DNA of 64,000 nt from an uncultured Verrucomicrobiae bacterium (GTDB taxonomy: Bacteria; Acidobacteriota; Terriglobia; Terriglobales; Acidobacteriaceae), in assembly GCA_963716225.1 (NCBI GenBank), contig OY970299.1:777397-841396 (forward strand). The letters run 5' to 3'. The translations under genes and the position numbers were made by a program. The notes beneath the pieces are model-generated. The model searched no databases, was not told the DNA's origin, and saw nothing but the letters and a program-made list of their open reading frames with translations. Positions 60,882-64,000 of the stretch are shown here, piece by piece. Every line of letters starts with the position of its first letter. The stretch's first letter is position 1.

Positions 60882-61958
60882 TTATAAACGCCGTCCCGGC
60901 CCGAAGTTCGTTTCCGAATTCGGTTGCGGCGGCAAGTCGTCACTCATGGGAGATTGAGAAGGATTCGGCAGGTTGGCTGAATCCACCTCATTTAATTTGT
61001 AAAGAAGCGAACGGTAACTCATCTGGAGCCATTTGGCCGTCTTTTGGCGGTTCCAGTTGTTTGACCGCAGCACCTTCAGGATGATCTGGCGCTCCAGATC
61101 GAGCGTGGCCTTCTTGGTGATCCGCTTGAGCGACAGCGGCTGGCTGAGATCAATATCGGCCACGATGCTGTCACCGGATGGCTGTGGCATCAGCTCCGCA
61201 ATCAGCAGGTCCTCATCGCCGATCAGCACGTAGCTGCGGACCAGATTGGCCAGTTGGCGGATGTTTCCCGGCCACTGATAGCGCTCCATGAGCTGGATCG
61301 TCGACCGCGAGATCGGCTTCGGGGTCAGCCGGAAATTCTTGGCGTTGACCTCGGTGAAGTAGTGGACCAGCGGCTCGATCTCCTCGCGGCGCTGGCGCAG
61401 CGGCGGCAGATTGATGGTCACACGCATTGATGCGATACAGCAGGTCGAGCCGGAACGCGCCCTCATCCACCTGCGTGCGGAGATCGCGGTTCGCGCAGGA
61501 GACCAGCCTGGTCTGGATCGGTGCGCGTGGTGTGGCCGCCGACCCGGACAAAGCTGCCGTCCTGCAGAACCTGGAGGAGCTTGGACTGCGCAGAAAGATC
61601 GAGACTGCCGACCTCGTCCAGGAAGAGCGTTCCGTTGTGGGCCTCTTCGACCCGGCCGCGCTTGGTCGAATGAGCGCCGGTGAAGGCGCCCTTTTCATAG
61701 CCGAAGAGCTCTGTTTCCATCAGGCTCTCCGGGATCGCAGGGCAGCTCACCTTTACCAGCGAGCCTCTCGTGCGGCCCGGAGAACAGGTGCAGGAAGCGC
61801 GCGCAGACCTCTTTCCCGGTGCCGCTTTCCCCCTGCAGCAGAACGGGAACCCCGGTCTCCGCGATACTTTCGAGCTTTTGCCGGATGGCCCGCATCGCCG
61901 GCGTTCGCCCGAAGGCGAGCTCAAGCGGCGGCAGGTCGTGAAATTCCGCGAGGTCCAT
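60882..61958 (-). CDS. Sigma54 enhancer-binding protein lacking a regulatory domain; several frameshifts
   Basis: GESGTGKE, ELFGYEKGAFTGA, FLDE, WPGNIRQL, Fis-type HTH. Confidence 0.85.
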
Positions 61959-62311
61959 AGTCGTTCCGATCGTTTCTAGTTCCGCTGAGAGTCTGTGAGC
62001 ACGCCGGGTTCCATTCGTATTCAGATGGCGCAGAAATTGCGCAGGAACGCGAGCGCCCCAACTCGTGCAGCGGGTTTTTATTGTTAATTGTTTGCATACC
62101 AGTGAAACCATACTGCGTCGGGTGTGTGACCTTTTTTGCCTACAAAAGTGCAAAGTTCTTCCCTTTCACAGCCAGTCCGGCTACACTTGACGCCGTCTCA
62201 GGGCGTCGGTGGTCAAAACCGCTGCAGCCCTGCGGTTCACGCGGATATCTGCTCGCGGGACGCGAGCATGCTGTTGCAGTTTGCGGCATCAGAACCGCCG
62301 GAGTTGCTGGA

Positions 62312-63734
62312 ATGCTTTCGTCTTCGCTAGCCCGGAGTCTGCCCGCATCACCAGCCGGTCGGCCGGCCCCCGGCTGTATGCCTTGGACTCAAACATGGCC
62401 GTGCTGGATTATCTGCGCCGCAGCCTGCAGCCGAGCTATGACCTGAAGGTCTTCTCCGACCGAGGAGGCCTGCTGGACAGCCTGAACAAGGGTGCCGCGC
62501 CGGACCTGATCCTGCTCGAGTGGGAGAGCATGGAGAAGTCGCTGGCGGCGCTCTCCCACATCCGCGCCAGCCTGCCCGATGTGCCCATCGTCATGCTCTC
62601 CTGCACCGCCGAGGTGAAGGATTTCGAGGTCGTAACCCGCATCGGGGCGCGCGGCATCGTGCTGAAGCCGTTCCTGGACGGCAACCTGGAGAGCGCGATC
62701 GAGGAGCACCTGGCCCAAGCGCGCAAGGCGATCCCGGCCGAGCCGCAGGAGATCCCGCTGGATGAGACGCACTCGTTCGTGCGCTCCAGCAAGCGGATGT
62801 GCGAGCTGCAGGCCCAGGCCGCGCTCGTCGCAAAGTCCGACATCCCGGTGCTGATCCTCGGCGAGAGCGGCACCGGCAAGGAGATCCTCGCGCTCTACAC
62901 GCACAAGATGTCGAATCGCGCGCAACCGCATGTTCCTGAAGGTGAACTGCGCCGCGATGCCGGCCGACCTGCTCGAGAGCGAGCTCTTCGGCTACGAGCA
63001 GGGCGCGTTCACTGGCGCCATGAAGACCAAGCCCGGCAAGTTCGAGGTCTGCACGGGAGGAACGATCTTCCTCGATGAGATCGGTGAGATGCCCGCACTG
63101 TTGCAGGCGAAGCTTCTGCAGGTGCTGCAGGACGGAACCTTCTCGCGGCTCGGCAGCCGCTCATCGATGAAGGTGGACGTGCGTGTGATCGCCGCCACCA
63201 ACATCAACATGAAGGAGGCGATCGCGCGCAAGCAGTTCCGCGAGGACCTCTATTACCGCCTGAACGGATTTTCGCTGTCGATCCCGCCGCTGTGCGAGCG
63301 CCGCGAAGAGATTCCGCTGCTCGCAAATTACTTCATGCGCAAAGTTGCGAAGAAATACGGCCGGCAGTCGCTTCCCCTCTCGAACGCGATCCTCGATGCC
63401 TTCCAGCGCTACTCCTGGCCAGGCAATCTCCGCGAGATGGAAAATGTGGTGAACCGCTACTTCATCCTCGGCGACGAGCGGCCCATCCTTGCCGAGATGA
63501 ATCCGTACACGCCATTCCGCGGCGATGGCAACGGCACACGGCGATCCCGGCGAGGGGGCGGGGCTGAAGCAGATTGTGCGCAGCCTGAAGGGCGAGGCCG
63601 AAGCAACGGCTATCGCGCAAATGCTCGAGACCAAGGGATGGAACCGCAAGGCCGCGGCAAGCGAGCTGCAGATCAGCTACAAGGCGCTGCTCTACAAGAT
63701 CAAGCAGTATGATCTTGCGCCCAAGCGGGCCTGA
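62312..63734 (+). CDS. Sigma54 enhancer-binding protein with atypical receiver; frameshifts near 62350, 62925 and 63550; start uncertain
   Basis: PDLILLE...KPF receiver, GESGTGKE, GAFTGA, FREDLYYRL, WPGNLRE, HTH. Confidence 0.85.
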
Positions 63735-63749
63735 TAAACTTTGCCAGAG

Positions 63750-64000
63750 ATGCTCGATCCAGAGTCGTATTACAGAGTCGTCGTTCAGCGCAGCGACGGT
63801 GTGGTCAAAGGCTATGCAGAGAAGGCGCAGTGGACCACGTCCAATGGCGCGCTCTCGGCCGACGACCCGACGAGAGACAACATACGCGTGATGCGCCTCG
63901 ACTCCGGCGTGACCGAAGAGGTCAAGCTCGAGAACGTGAAGGCCGTCTTCTTCGTGCACGATTTCGCTGGTGAAGTCGAGCGGCGCGATCTCCGCTTCCA
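63750..64000 (+). CDS. Hypothetical protein (DUF6982-like), runs off the right edge
   Basis: Open frame VVVQRSDG-VVKGY...VKAVFFVHDF. Confidence 0.6.
   Translation, partial: MLDPESYYRVVVQRSDGVVKGYAEKAQWTTSNGALSADDPTRDNIRVMRLDSGVTEEVKLENVKAVFFVHDFAGEVERRDLRF

Noticed and set aside
44800-62312. Sigma54 -24/-12 promoters upstream of PEP-CTERM genes and activators
   Set aside because: No correctly spaced GG-N10-GC with TGGCAC/TTGC context was found by eye.
77-63959. Many long antisense or overlapping ORFs (e.g. 819-1793, 4556-5824, 6525-7802, 40423-41205)
   Set aside because: They are shadow frames of GC-rich genes with no recognisable motifs.

Overview
GC-rich bacterial chromosomal window, most consistent with Acidobacteriota (inferred from PEP-CTERM proteins, GH79, REP-like repeats and gene style; not verified by search). 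Contents in order: (1) 5' part of gltB, divergent from an argR-argC-argB-argD-argF-argH-argA operon with a canonical tandem ARG box; (2) ppa, ispG, GT2/MFS, gluconolactonase, Gfo oxidoreductase; (3) a KaiC-like ATPase coupled to a histidine kinase, then a LytS/LytTR pair; (4) a coupled DUF2064-GT87-GT2-ABC ATPase operon; (5) a redox block at 28-35 kb with two sulfite-oxidase-family Mo enzymes, a cytochrome b, a cytochrome c fused to a probable beta-barrel, and a five-heme cytochrome; (6) GH79, a large Ig/propeller lipoprotein, uvrB; (7) a degenerate second copy of the uvrB 3' end marking a probable integration site, followed by an accessory region (lower-GC ORFans, PEP-CTERM genes, REP/MITE-like repeats, MNT-HEPN toxin-antitoxin); (8) SRPBCC-fdh-SPW genes, a cNMP-TrxB fusion, feoAB, and two divergent atypical sigma54 activators. 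Many genes carry single-base frameshifts at homopolymers or short repeats, most likely sequencing or assembly indels. No rRNA, tRNA, CRISPR array, integrase or transposase was recognised. All family calls come from motif recognition, without database searches.
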